From NCBI GenBank assembly GCA_964644385.1, contig CAZXVJ010000006.1, positions 28,142-92,141 of the forward strand: a stretch of DNA of 64,000 nt. The letters run 5' to 3'. The stretch is from an uncultured Hyphomonas sp. (GTDB lineage: Bacteria > Pseudomonadota > Alphaproteobacteria > Caulobacterales > Hyphomonadaceae). The notes beneath the pieces are model-generated. The model saw only the letters and a list, made by a program, of their open reading frames with translations, was not told the DNA's origin and ran no database searches. Below are positions 19,381 through 29,597 of the stretch, piece after piece; the first letter of the stretch is position 1; each line of letters begins with the position of its first letter. The position numbers and the translations under genes were made by a program.

Positions 19381-20247
19381 ATGACAGACGCCGTCACCGA
19401 CTTACTAAAACTATTGGATATTGAACGCATCGAGTTAGATCTGTTTCGCGGACAAAGCCCAGATGAGCGGGCCAGTCAGCGTGTCTTCGGCGGCCAGGTC
19501 ATCGCGCAAGCCTTGGTGGCTGCCTATCGAACAGTTGAAGACCGCCGCTGTCACTCGCTGCATGCCTATTTCATTCGGCCCGGCGATCCGAAAGTCCCAA
19601 TCATCTATCAAGTCGATCATTCCCGCGACGGGCGCAGCTTTACCACGCGGCGCGTTGTTGCCATTCAACATGGAAAACAGATTTTCAATATGGCCGCCAG
19701 TTTCCATGTGGATGAAGATGGCTGGAACCATCAACATGATATGCCAAAAACCGAAAGCCCTGACGGTCTTGAAGCGGTTCGAGACCAACGCGTCAAAATT
19801 GCGGATAAATTACCAGCGGGTATGCGCGATGATTTCACCCGCGAACGGGCCATTGAAATACGTCACGTCGCACCGCTGGATATGCTGAAACCGGAAAAAG
19901 CGTCTGATGTGAACCATCTATGGTTTCGCGTCGCTCAGCCCATCACGGATGATCCGGCCCTCCACCACTGCCTCTTGGCCTATGCCTCAGATATGGCGTT
20001 GCTTGGCTCGGGCAATCGCCGGCACGGCGTCAGTTGGTTGACCGGCGATGTCATGTCCGCCAGCCTTGATCATGCGATGTGGTTCCATGCCCCGATCAAG
20101 TTTGACGAATGGCACCTTTACACAATGGACAGCCCCTATGCCGGGGGCGCGCGCAGCTTTAATCGTGGCGCCGTGTTTGATGCATCGGGCATTATGGTCG
20201 CCAGCGTGGCTCAAGAGGGCTTAATGCGCCCCAAAAAACCGAGATAG
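19381..20247 (+). CDS. tesB: Acyl-CoA thioesterase II.
   Basis: LLKLLDIERIELDLFRGQSPDE..RVFGGQVIAQAL N-terminus and double-hotdog length (288 aa) match TesB. Confidence 0.85.
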   Translation: MTDAVTDLLKLLDIERIELDLFRGQSPDERASQRVFGGQVIAQALVAAYRTVEDRRCHSLHAYFIRPGDPKVPIIYQVDHSRDGRSFTTRRVVAIQHGKQIFNMAASFHVDEDGWNHQHDMPKTESPDGLEAVRDQRVKIADKLPAGMRDDFTRERAIEIRHVAPLDMLKPEKASDVNHLWFRVAQPITDDPALHHCLLAYASDMALLGSGNRRHGVSWLTGDVMSASLDHAMWFHAPIKFDEWHLYTMDSPYAGGARSFNRGAVFDASGIMVASVAQEGLMRPKKPR

Positions 20248-20390
20248 GCGCCATTGACGCTCCACATTCCAACATAAAACCGCCCGTAAACCATCACTTC
20301 ACGCCATTTTTTCCTACAATCCGTGACATTCTATGCTGCAAGCGCAAAAAGGGGCTTGTGTTGCCCGCCGCGCTCATTATTACGGGAGTC

Positions 20391-20467
<77 letters not shown>

Positions 20468-20587
20468 TTTACCTCAAATAGTTGTGTTCGGCCCCCTCCG
20501 CTCGCCACGGCGCGGCTATCTCGCCATTGAATGCGTCCGCATTCCGATATAGGACACTAGTCTTGACTTCAGGAGGCGCTTTCAGCA

Positions 20588-20896
20588 ATGGACGCACGCA
20601 TTTATCGGCCCAGGAAAAGTGCTATGACCTCGGGTCGCGGCAAAACAAAGACGTGGGTGCTTGAACTAGCGGATGGCGATGCAACGCGCTCTACGGACCC
20701 GCTCATGGGTTGGACCAGCATAGACGACACTAACAGTCAGATCCGGATGACATTCGAAACCCGCGAGCAAGCTATCGCCTATGCTAAGCGCGAAAAACTC
20801 ACCTTCGTTGTCGAAGAACCTCGCGAACGCAAACGTCTGATAAAATCTTACAGCGAAAACTTCGCGTCAGACAGAAAACAGCCCTGGACCCATTAG
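20588..20896 (+). CDS. NDUFS4-like / ETC complex I subunit conserved-region protein (small alphaproteobacterial homolog).
   Basis: ARIYRP..TSGRGKTKTWVLE..DPLMGWTSIDDTNSQIRMTFETREQAIAYAKRE matches the conserved NDUFS4 (18 kDa subunit) domain. CAGGAGG RBS. Confidence 0.7.
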   Translation: MDARIYRPRKSAMTSGRGKTKTWVLELADGDATRSTDPLMGWTSIDDTNSQIRMTFETREQAIAYAKREKLTFVVEEPRERKRLIKSYSENFASDRKQPWTH

Positions 20897-20904
20897 GGCT
20901 CAAC

Positions 20905-20981
20905 GGCCCCTTAGCTCAGCTGGATAGAGCACCCGCCTTCTAAGCGGACGGTCGCAGGTTCGAATCCTGCAGGGGTCGCCA
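20905..20981 (+). tRNA. tRNA-Arg (anticodon TCT).
   Basis: GGCCCCT/AGGGGTC acceptor stem. TAGCTCAGCTGGATAGAGC D-arm. Anticodon loop cTTCTAa. GGTTCGAATCC T-loop. CCA encoded. Coordinates +-1. Confidence 0.85.
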
Positions 20982-21010
20982 TATTTCATTAGACCGAACG
21001 ACGAACAAGA

Positions 21011-22708
21011 TTAGCTGGACTTAAGTTCAGCGCTTAGCCGGTCACGGAGTTCTCGTTTCAAAAATTTCCCACTCGCATTTCGTGGCAGCGCCTCAGTTTG
21101 AAACCAGATGTATCGCGGGATTTTGTGCTTCGCCATCACCTCGGCGCAATGCGCGCGCAGCCCGGCTTCGTCCAGCGTTTCACCAGGCTTTGGCACGATC
21201 ACCACGCCAACCTCTTCGCCTAACCGATCATCAGCCACGCCAAAGACACTGCATTCAGCCACGGCCGAGTGACGATAAATTACGGTCTCAACCTCCGCGC
21301 AATAAATGTTCTCGCCGCCGCGCAGCACCATGTCTTTCTTGCGGTCTACGATATAAATAAACCCATGCTCGTCGATGCGGGCGATATCTCCGGTGTGTAG
21401 CCATCCATCAGTGATCGATTCAGCCGTCGCCTCGGGTCGATTGATATAGCCTTTAATGACCGATGACCCGCGCACCCACAGCTCACCCAATTCACCTTGC
21501 GCAACAGTGTTGCCATCATCATCCACGCATTTCACTTCAAAATTCGGCATCGCTGGCCCGGCACTATCAGGCTTATCGACGAAAAAGTCTGCGCCGATTG
21601 ATGTTATGATTCCGCACGTTTCGGTCATGCCATAGCCCGTGCTTGGCCGCGCGGTTGCGACATCAGACTCGATTTTGCCCACAAGATCAGGAGGAACCTG
21701 CGCACCGCCGCCAGACATTGTCACAAGGGTTGAAGTATCCGTCGTCGCAAAATTTGGATGATTGATCAGCTCCCGCGCCATGACAGGGACCCCCCCGATG
21801 GAGGTCACTTTCTCTTTCTCAATCAGACGCAACGCTTCACCGGCGTCCCACTTATACATCTGCACCAATGCTCCGCCCGCAGCGGTGATGATGTAGGCCC
21901 CACAATTATTAGCCGTCACATGAAACAACGGCGTCGTGACCAACCCCGTTGGCACGGCTGGCTCTGCAGGTGGTTCTTCGCCCGTCGCCAAGTGCATCGC
22001 GCGGGCCGACGACGCAGCCGAGTACATCATATTCATCAGATTGGCGACACATCCGCGCTGGGTCAGCTGCGCCCCCTTAGGGCGCCCCGTCGTGCCGGAT
22101 GTGTAGAATATGCAAGCATCAGAGTCTGGATCGACCGAAACATCCGGCATGTCGCCACCCGCAGCAACGATCGTGTCAAATGTCGTGCCGCCATCTGGCG
22201 CGGTGTCTAAACGCACACCGATCAGTTTAATATCAAACTCAAGGTCAGGCATTTCTATCAGGCGGGCCATGCGCTCCTTGTCCAAAAACAAAGCCTTTGG
22301 TTTTGAGTCATTCAGTGCGTACGCCATCTCATCAGCGGTCCACCACGCGTTCATGCCAACGACCGCGACGCCAATAGAAACACACGCCCAATAGATCTGC
22401 ATCCATTCAGGATAGTTGCGCATCGCGACCGCCACCCGATCTCCCGGTCCAATGCCTTGGCCATGCAACCAAGCCGCAATCGCGTTCACATTCGCGTGGG
22501 TTTGGCCATATGTGAGGCGCTCATCGTCGTATATGAGATATGGACGTTCGGAAAATTGAATGGTTGAGAGCCAAAAATCACGAATCGTTGGCGGCGCCGT
22601 TTTGAAGTTCAGAATTCGATTACCCAATATCTCGGCTTCGATGATTTCAAAATCACCACCCGGTCCGGTCAATTCTTCGCGGGCTTTCTGAAGCTCTGGA
22701 TAATGCAT
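21011..22708 (-). CDS. AMP-dependent synthetase/ligase (acyl-CoA synthetase, FadD-like).
   Basis: FYTSGTTGRPKGAQLTQ and later GYGMTE / GWLHTGD / RKKD AMP-binding motifs. Confidence 0.8.
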   Translation of the reverse strand: MHYPELQKAREELTGPGGDFEIIEAEILGNRILNFKTAPPTIRDFWLSTIQFSERPYLIYDDERLTYGQTHANVNAIAAWLHGQGIGPGDRVAVAMRNYPEWMQIYWACVSIGVAVVGMNAWWTADEMAYALNDSKPKALFLDKERMARLIEMPDLEFDIKLIGVRLDTAPDGGTTFDTIVAAGGDMPDVSVDPDSDACIFYTSGTTGRPKGAQLTQRGCVANLMNMMYSAASSARAMHLATGEEPPAEPAVPTGLVTTPLFHVTANNCGAYIITAAGGALVQMYKWDAGEALRLIEKEKVTSIGGVPVMARELINHPNFATTDTSTLVTMSGGGAQVPPDLVGKIESDVATARPSTGYGMTETCGIITSIGADFFVDKPDSAGPAMPNFEVKCVDDDGNTVAQGELGELWVRGSSVIKGYINRPEATAESITDGWLHTGDIARIDEHGFIYIVDRKKDMVLRGGENIYCAEVETVIYRHSAVAECSVFGVADDRLGEEVGVVIVPKPGETLDEAGLRAHCAEVMAKHKIPRYIWFQTEALPRNASGKFLKRELRDRLSAELKSS

Positions 22709-22834
22709 GGGTTTTCCTCACTATTGTTTTAGTCCTTAAACTTCGCATGGAAACGCCCGGTGGAAAACCGTTGGTCTTGTTTTGATTGTCGTTTGTTCAC
22801 CGAACGCGCTAAGGTTACGTAGGGAGAGATACGT

Positions 22835-23542
22835 ATGGGTTTGAAAGTTATCGGTGCCGGGTTTGGTCGCACAGGCACCCTATCTTTGAAACACGCGCTC
22901 GAGACGCTTGGTTTCACAAAAACCCATCACATGATGGAAGTCTTCCCCAGCGCCAAGCAAATCAATCATTGGCACGCCATCGGCAACGGCGAAATGCCAG
23001 ACTGGGACACCGTCTTTGAGGGCTATCAAGCCTGCGTCGATTTCCCGGCTGCCACCTATTACAAAGACCTCATGGCACACTATCCAGATGCAAAAGTCAT
23101 TCTCACCGTGCGCGATGCAGACCGCTGGTATGACAGCACCCGCAACACGATTTTTCGGTTTGGCGCGATCATTCCAAAATGGGTACGCATACTGGTTCCG
23201 CGAGCCGGCAAGATCTACAAAATGTCGGAAGGCAACATTTGGACACGCGTGTTCAAAGATCGATTCGAAGATGAGGCCTTCGCGAAATCAGTCTTCGTGA
23301 ACTATGTTGAGCAGGTAAAACGGGACGTTCCAGAAGAGAGATTGTTGGTTTTCAACGTCAAACAAGGCTGGGAGCCGCTCTGTTCATTCCTCGGTACAAC
23401 GGTGCCAGGCGAAGCATTCCCGCATTTGAATGACACCGCCAGTATGAGACGCGTTCAGGCCATTATGCAGATTGTATTCACGGCAATCCCGGTTCTCGCT
23501 GGTATCGGCCTCATCAGCGTCCTTTATCTCATGCTTCGGTAA
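22835..23542 (+). CDS. Sulfotransferase-family protein (P-loop-like PAPS-binding N-terminus) with a C-terminal TM helix.
   Basis: GFGRTGTLSLKHALE N-terminal motif resembles the 5'-PSB loop of sulfotransferases. C-terminal hydrophobic helix FTAIPVLAGIGLISVLYLML. Confidence 0.5.
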   Translation: MGLKVIGAGFGRTGTLSLKHALETLGFTKTHHMMEVFPSAKQINHWHAIGNGEMPDWDTVFEGYQACVDFPAATYYKDLMAHYPDAKVILTVRDADRWYDSTRNTIFRFGAIIPKWVRILVPRAGKIYKMSEGNIWTRVFKDRFEDEAFAKSVFVNYVEQVKRDVPEERLLVFNVKQGWEPLCSFLGTTVPGEAFPHLNDTASMRRVQAIMQIVFTAIPVLAGIGLISVLYLMLR

Positions 23543-23544
23543 AA

Positions 23545-23979
23545 TTACGCGCTCGGGCGGCGACGCAACTTCCTGAAAATTGCCGTGGCGCGTGCGATGG
23601 TCTTTCCGTCACTCATCAAATCTGCGCGCACAAAGACGACGTCGTCTTCCACTGCGGTGACCTCAGGCTGGGCCTCCACCCAACTGCCTTCCCTTACGAT
23701 ATCGAGAAACTCCAATGTAAGCTTGATGGTCACAGACCAGCGCTGCGTGGTCGCAAACACCGCCCGTGCGAGTGCACTGTCTGAAAAAGCGGAGATCATC
23801 CCCCCGTGCAGGAACCCCATGCCATTGCAGTGGCGATCTAGAACCCAAAAACCCATCCGCAAATCGCCGTCAGCGCTCGCCATGTAGGTTGGTCCGTTGT
23901 GAAGTGTAAACTTGCCCCGAGAAGGCGTCGGTGAGAATCCTGGCGGCGGCGGTGTTAACGCGGGATGATTTTCACTCAC
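23545..23979 (-). CDS. PaaI/hotdog-fold thioesterase.
   Basis: HGGMISAFSDSALA motif typical of 4HBT/PaaI thioesterases. 144 aa. Confidence 0.7.
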   Translation of the reverse strand: MSENHPALTPPPPGFSPTPSRGKFTLHNGPTYMASADGDLRMGFWVLDRHCNGMGFLHGGMISAFSDSALARAVFATTQRWSVTIKLTLEFLDIVREGSWVEAQPEVTAVEDDVVFVRADLMSDGKTIARATAIFRKLRRRPSA

Positions 23980-24427
23980 CTAGATTTTCGAGCACGTCAT
24001 GGCGCAGCATATCGCCGGGCTCGATACCAAGCGCCTCAGCTCGGCCGCCATTCAATTCCAGAACGCCCTTAACGGGCATGCCCGGATTAATATTACGCAA
24101 AGATCCCGGCACCGCGTTGCGTGCAATCGCAACGATCGTTCCATCTTCAACAAAGAACAGCATATCCAACGGAATCAGAGTGTTCTTCATCCACATATTT
24201 GCTTCGCGCGGAGTGCCAAAGTCGAAAATCATGCCGACATCTTCGTCCATCTCTGCCCGGTCCATCAGACCGCGGCGGATTTCTTCCGGTTCATCGGCCA
24301 GCTCAACTTGAAACTCAAAGGTTTGCCCCTCGCCCTCGATCACCAACGGGGACATGTTGGCCTGTGCGAGCGCAAATGGTGCTATGAAAATAAGTGTCGC
24401 GAGTGCGATAAAAAAAGTTCTGTTCAT
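23972..24427 (-). CDS. DUF192 (COG1430) secreted protein.
   Basis: Signal peptide. GLMDRAEMDEDVGMIFDF..NMWMKNTLIPLDMLFFVEDGTIV matches the DUF192 conserved core. Confidence 0.65.
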   Translation of the reverse strand: MNRTFFIALATLIFIAPFALAQANMSPLVIEGEGQTFEFQVELADEPEEIRRGLMDRAEMDEDVGMIFDFGTPREANMWMKNTLIPLDMLFFVEDGTIVAIARNAVPGSLRNINPGMPVKGVLELNGGRAEALGIEPGDMLRHDVLENLGE

Positions 24428-24496
24428 GTGACGGGTTTAGCCTCGCATGACACAAGCCGCAAGCATTCAGAACTGCGTACCAGATTACATTTCTGT

Positions 24497-25108
24497 CTAA
24501 TTGTCGCTTGCATCAGGAGATGCGCTAGATTCGCTGACAGAATTGGGCGCGGGCGCAGTGTCATCTTGAGCTGACTGACCATCAATTGGGCGAATTTGGC
24601 TCACATGCTCGCCTTTTGCCCCTGATTCAATAATGGCGTCGATCCGAATGCCTTGCTCCACGTCATCATAACCTGCACGACGCAAAACGACTGCGTGCAC
24701 AAACACGTCTTCTTCAGCACCATCTCGCTGAACGAACCCATATCCTCGAACGCGATTGAACCATTTCAGCGTGACCGTTTGAAACTCTTGCAGCGCGCCT
24801 TGTTCTTTCGCGATTTCTGCGCGGGGGCGCTCCATCTCGATCACATTTACGGCCTGCCATCCCCTGTCGCGCCGAACAGCATCGCAAACGATTCGGGCGT
24901 TCTCGTCGGCATAGGATTCGCCATAGTCTCTCAGGCAGGTGACGTGCAGCATCACATCCTTCGTCAGCGCGGGATCGGACGTCGATTCCGGCACGACAAA
25001 GCCATAACCCTTGGCACTATCGAACCATTTGATATGGCCGATTACACGAACAGTTTCCTGTTCCGTCCCCGGCTCGTCATCATCATTTGCCAATGCTGTA
25101 CTCATCAA
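24497..25108 (-). CDS. Cold-shock protein with two tandem cold-shock domains.
   Basis: Two CSD cores: IKWFDSAKGYGFV and LKWFNRVRGYGFV, each followed by an FVH-type RNP motif. Confidence 0.8.
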   Translation of the reverse strand: MMSTALANDDDEPGTEQETVRVIGHIKWFDSAKGYGFVVPESTSDPALTKDVMLHVTCLRDYGESYADENARIVCDAVRRDRGWQAVNVIEMERPRAEIAKEQGALQEFQTVTLKWFNRVRGYGFVQRDGAEEDVFVHAVVLRRAGYDDVEQGIRIDAIIESGAKGEHVSQIRPIDGQSAQDDTAPAPNSVSESSASPDASDN

Positions 25109-25340
25109 CCACTTCCCCTAACTGCATAAATTAGGTTCATGCCCACCTCTTGTCACGCCAAGAACGCATAAAAAAGCAACAAAGGTCAATTTTGGCGCGC
25201 GACCATTGCGTTTTAGTCACTAAAGACCTTAGCGACCTTGCTGGCCGATAGGCGCATGCAAACCACTAGACTCAACGGAAACTTGACGGCGGCGGCGCCC
25301 TTGTGTTCGCTCTCAATCAGCTCCACCGGAAGGCATAAAG

Positions 25341-26345
25341 ATGTTCAACAATAGTGACTGGCTTGCTCAAGTAACCGAAACGCCCATTGATCCTGACCGC
25401 GATATCGTTGACCCGCATCACCATCTCTGGCCCCAGCCAGACATGCACTACAATTTGGACCAGCTATGGAGCGATACCGATGCCGGACACGCCGTCAGCC
25501 AGACTATCTTTATGGAGTGCGGCGCCGCCTATCGCCCAAATGGGCCGGAACATCTGCGCCCGGTCGGTGAAACCGAATTCGTAGTGGCGGCAGCCAAACA
25601 ATCTGCGTGCGAAAGCGACAAAGCGACCATTGCGGGCATCATTGCCCATGCCGATTTGACCCATCCGGAACTGGATCAGATTCTCGATGCACAGTTGGAA
25701 GCAAGTGACGGTCTATTACGCGGTATCCGCCATGCCGGCGCCCATGACGAAGACCCCAGTGTTCTTGCCATCCCCGGCAGAGCGCCCAAAGATCTTTACA
25801 AAAATGAAGCGTTCCGGCAGGGCGTGATCCGCTTGGGTGAGCGCGGATTGACCTATGATACCTGGCACTATCATCATCAGAATCAAGATTTTCTATCACT
25901 CGCCGCTGCGATTCCCGGAACGACTATGATCCTTGATCATTTCGGTACACCGCTCGGTGTGGGCCGGTTTGCAGGCAAACACGATGAAATCTTCCCAAGT
26001 TGGAAAGATGACATCGCCGCCATTGCGAAATGCCCAAACGTCCACGCCAAACTTGGTGGCCTCGCCATGCCCGACAACGGGTTTGGCTGGATGGGACGCG
26101 ACAAACCACCAACCTCAGATGAGTTCGTCACCGCCCAGGCGCGCTATTACGATCATGCTATTGCATGCTTCGGCGCAGACCGCTGCATGTTCGAATCGAA
26201 CTTCCCGGTCGACCGCCTCTCCATCAGCTATGGCGTGCTTTGGAACGGACTAAAGAAAATCGCGGTTAAATATGATGAAGTCGATCAAGCGGCGATGTTC
26301 AGCGGCACGGCGCGGCGTATCTACAATCTGGACAAACCAGTCTAG
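25341..26345 (+). CDS. Amidohydrolase-2 family metal-dependent hydrolase (TIM barrel).
   Basis: DPHHHLW metal-binding start and a later ILDHFG motif, typical of the ACMSD/amidohydrolase_2 family. Confidence 0.65.
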   Translation: MFNNSDWLAQVTETPIDPDRDIVDPHHHLWPQPDMHYNLDQLWSDTDAGHAVSQTIFMECGAAYRPNGPEHLRPVGETEFVVAAAKQSACESDKATIAGIIAHADLTHPELDQILDAQLEASDGLLRGIRHAGAHDEDPSVLAIPGRAPKDLYKNEAFRQGVIRLGERGLTYDTWHYHHQNQDFLSLAAAIPGTTMILDHFGTPLGVGRFAGKHDEIFPSWKDDIAAIAKCPNVHAKLGGLAMPDNGFGWMGRDKPPTSDEFVTAQARYYDHAIACFGADRCMFESNFPVDRLSISYGVLWNGLKKIAVKYDEVDQAAMFSGTARRIYNLDKPV

Positions 26346-27982
26346 ACAGACTCGCCTTCAGCGACACGCTTAGCCCAGCGATAATCAGGTTTGCCGTTAT
26401 CGTGTCTTTTCACGGCCTCAACAATTTTGATCGCCTTGGGCAACTTGTAGCGGGCAATAAACTCACCCGCGGCCTCAACAAGGTCTCGCTCAGACGCCGC
26501 CTGCCCCGGCTTCAATTCCACAACCGCCACGACCTCTTCGCCCCAACGTTCGCTCGGTCGGCTACTAACCAGCACATCGGCAACCGCCACGTGCCGCCCC
26601 ACAGCCTGCTCCACCTCTTCGGCGAACACCTTTTCGCCGCCAGTATTGATTGAGCTAGAGTCTCTCCCATGAAACTCAATCTCTCCGTCCGTCAGCAATC
26701 GGGCCCGATCCCCCGGAACGGCATAACGCACACCGTCAATCACGGGGAAAGTCGCTGCGGTCTTCTCAGCATCGCCCAAATATCCCAGCGGCACCGCGCC
26801 AGACGTTGCCAGCCACCCAAGGTCTGAATGGCCAGGTGCCTCTAGCCTCGTCATGTCGGCGCTTAACACAACGCTTTCGCCCAGCGTTTTAGGCGCTGCG
26901 GCCGTGTTTCCGCCAGCGCTCGCCACGTGCTTCGCAAGCGGACCTGCTTCGGATGATCCGAACGTATCGACAATTTTAAGACCCGGAACTGCCTCTATCA
27001 ATGCGGTTTTGACCGTCGGCGTCATCGCGGCGGCGCTGTTTAATATCGTGGTCAGGCTCTGCGGCGGCTGCGGTGCTGCGTTCAACGCATCCAGAAACGG
27101 CCTGCCGAACGCATTGCCGACCAGTGACAGGATGCTGACCGCTTCGCGTTCAATCACCTGCAACAATTCTACGGCGTTAAACCTCTCCACATTGTCCTGA
27201 ATCACGACACAATGACCGCCATGCCATGCATTGAACGCCACCCATTGCGCCGTGCCATGCATGAAGGGCGGCGTTGGCAGGTATCGTCGCGGTTCGTTTC
27301 TGACGGCGCGCTCAGCATACTCTTCCAGCGAGCCGATCAACGCACCCGATTTGCGCCGCCCGCCCAGCGCCGCCGCGAGAATATCACCTTGTCGCCACAA
27401 TACGCCCTTTGGCATGCCCGTCGTGCCACCAGTGTAGAGAATATATAGATCGTCTGATGACCAATCGACATCTGGGCGCTCATCGGTCATCCCCGCCAAC
27501 GCGGTTTCATAATCGACCGCACCCTCTGGAACCGAATTGCCGCTCTCATCGGCCACCTGTATCCGAACGCTCAATGGCGGAATATCGGCCATGATCTCAT
27601 CCAGCAATGGCGCATAGCGCGCATGATAGATGATCGCCCGCGTTTGCGCATTTGTTAGCAAATACCGCATCTCATCGGCCACATAGCGATAGTTCACGTT
27701 GAACGATGCGGCCCGCGCTTTCGCGGCGCCCAGCATGCCCTCAAGATATTCATTCCCATTCTGCAATAGCAGCGCGACATGATCTTGCCCCGACGCCGCG
27801 TTATCCAGCAAATTGCGCGGCGTATGCAGTCCCACACCGCAAGAGCGCAAGTAATTGGCTAGCCGGCGAGACCTTCGCTTCACGTCATCAAACGTGAAAC
27901 GCCTGTCCCGAAACACCAGCGCCTCACGATCTGGGACAGCGTCAGCAATCGCCTCACTGACGGCCGCAAGATTGAAACTCAT
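26342..27982 (-). CDS. AMP-dependent synthetase/ligase (acyl-CoA synthetase).
   Basis: LYTGGTTGMPKGVLWRQ AMP-binding motif. Stop overlaps the stop of the convergent amidohydrolase gene. Confidence 0.8.
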   Translation of the reverse strand: MSFNLAAVSEAIADAVPDREALVFRDRRFTFDDVKRRSRRLANYLRSCGVGLHTPRNLLDNAASGQDHVALLLQNGNEYLEGMLGAAKARAASFNVNYRYVADEMRYLLTNAQTRAIIYHARYAPLLDEIMADIPPLSVRIQVADESGNSVPEGAVDYETALAGMTDERPDVDWSSDDLYILYTGGTTGMPKGVLWRQGDILAAALGGRRKSGALIGSLEEYAERAVRNEPRRYLPTPPFMHGTAQWVAFNAWHGGHCVVIQDNVERFNAVELLQVIEREAVSILSLVGNAFGRPFLDALNAAPQPPQSLTTILNSAAAMTPTVKTALIEAVPGLKIVDTFGSSEAGPLAKHVASAGGNTAAAPKTLGESVVLSADMTRLEAPGHSDLGWLATSGAVPLGYLGDAEKTAATFPVIDGVRYAVPGDRARLLTDGEIEFHGRDSSSINTGGEKVFAEEVEQAVGRHVAVADVLVSSRPSERWGEEVVAVVELKPGQAASERDLVEAAGEFIARYKLPKAIKIVEAVKRHDNGKPDYRWAKRVAEGESV

Positions 27983-28010
27983 GCTTTCTTCCTAGTAAAC
28001 GCTATCAGTT

Positions 28011-29447
28011 CTAGCGCTTCACGCGGCCTTTGACCTGCTTACGGAACGTGTCGCCATAAGGCGGACGCAACATAGCGAGCATTTCACTGCCTGTTTGCGA
28101 ATAAACGGCCTTGCGATGGCTAAACTCCAAAAACCCATCCCGTCCATGGTAGCTTCCCATGCCTGACGGACCCACGCCGCCAAACGGCAGATCTTCCTGC
28201 GCGACATGAAACACCACATCATTTACGGTCACACCGCCAGAGGTCGTATTGTTCAAGACGTTTTCGCGTTCAGAGGAGTCTTCACCAAAATAGTACAGCC
28301 CCAAAGGTCGATCATTCGCATTGATGTAATCAACCGCTTCACGCGTCTCGCCGTAAGATTTGATCGGTAGAATCGGCCCAAAGATTTCATCCTGCATCAC
28401 GGCCATGTCGTCGGTCGGATCAATGACGAGCGTTGGCGGGATTTTGTGGTGCGGCTGTTGGCTAAAGTTCTCGCCCGCAGGGTTGATCTCAACCACCTCA
28501 GCCCCCTTAGCTTTGGCATCGTCTAAATACCCCATGATGCGGTCATAATGGCGCTGATTAACGACTGATGTGTAGTCATCATTATCTTTCAGCCCTGTCG
28601 GGTACATTTTCGCCACCGCATTCGTTGCGGCGGCTGTGAACTCTGCCGTTTTCTCTTTCGGGACGAACGCATAGTCCGGCGCCAAACAGATTTGTCCCGC
28701 ATTCATCGTTTTCCCCGCCATGATACGATTTGCGGCTTTCTCCATGTTTGCAGAACGGCCCAAAATGACGGGGCTTTTCCCGCCCAATTCAAGCGTGAGC
28801 GGCACAAGATTGTCCGCCGCGGCTCGCATCACATGCTTGGCAATCGACGTCGCGCCAGTGAACAAGATGTGGTCGAAAGGCAATTTGGTAAACTCCGCGC
28901 CCACCTCTGGCCCGCCTGTACAGACCGCCACTTCAGTTTCGTCATAATACTGCGCAAACAGCGTCTTCATCAGTTCAGAGGTGTGCTCTGTAAACTCAGA
29001 CGGTTTGATCATGGTGCGATTGCCCGCTGCGAACACGCCTGCCAGCGGCGCGAACGTCAAGTTTACCGGAAAATTCCAAGGGCTCAGCACGCCAATCACG
29101 CCCTTAGGCTGATACTGAATATGAGCTTTTGACCCCAGCAAGCTCAGCGGAAACTCCACGCCGCGCTTTTCGGGCTTCATCCATTTGCGGACATGTTTCT
29201 TGGCATGCTTCAACGCGCCAATGGAGCTAGCCACGTCGGTGAACGCAGATTGATCGGTGGAGCGATGTCCAAAATCTTCCCGCATCGCTTCGCACAACGC
29301 CTCATTATGTGTGACCAGCAAATCTATTGATTTGTCTAGCCATTCAATGCGTTTCTCCGCGCTCGGACTCCCATCTCTCAAATTGGCCGCTTTTTGCTTG
29401 GCCAAAATTGTTTCCATGCCGCTGGATGTCGCACTGTCGAGAGCCAT
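28011..29447 (-). CDS. NAD(P)-dependent aldehyde dehydrogenase (ALDH3 / coniferyl-aldehyde dehydrogenase-like).
   Basis: ELGGKSP catalytic-Glu motif, ICLAPDY (catalytic Cys) and GTGAEF-like NAD motif. 478 aa. Confidence 0.8.
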   Translation of the reverse strand: MALDSATSSGMETILAKQKAANLRDGSPSAEKRIEWLDKSIDLLVTHNEALCEAMREDFGHRSTDQSAFTDVASSIGALKHAKKHVRKWMKPEKRGVEFPLSLLGSKAHIQYQPKGVIGVLSPWNFPVNLTFAPLAGVFAAGNRTMIKPSEFTEHTSELMKTLFAQYYDETEVAVCTGGPEVGAEFTKLPFDHILFTGATSIAKHVMRAAADNLVPLTLELGGKSPVILGRSANMEKAANRIMAGKTMNAGQICLAPDYAFVPKEKTAEFTAAATNAVAKMYPTGLKDNDDYTSVVNQRHYDRIMGYLDDAKAKGAEVVEINPAGENFSQQPHHKIPPTLVIDPTDDMAVMQDEIFGPILPIKSYGETREAVDYINANDRPLGLYYFGEDSSERENVLNNTTSGGVTVNDVVFHVAQEDLPFGGVGPSGMGSYHGRDGFLEFSHRKAVYSQTGSEMLAMLRPPYGDTFRKQVKGRVKR

Positions 29448-29597
29448 GATTTAATCCTCCAAAAATCGCCTGTTCTCCCACAGTGTAGACCGAGCGCAGT
29501 ATTAAACAAAGACTAAACGCCTGCCCCTGCGTGAGGCGTTCACAAAGCGATCCTTCGCGGTAAACTCGCCCTTGCAGACATCAAGGAGCAAACGCGC

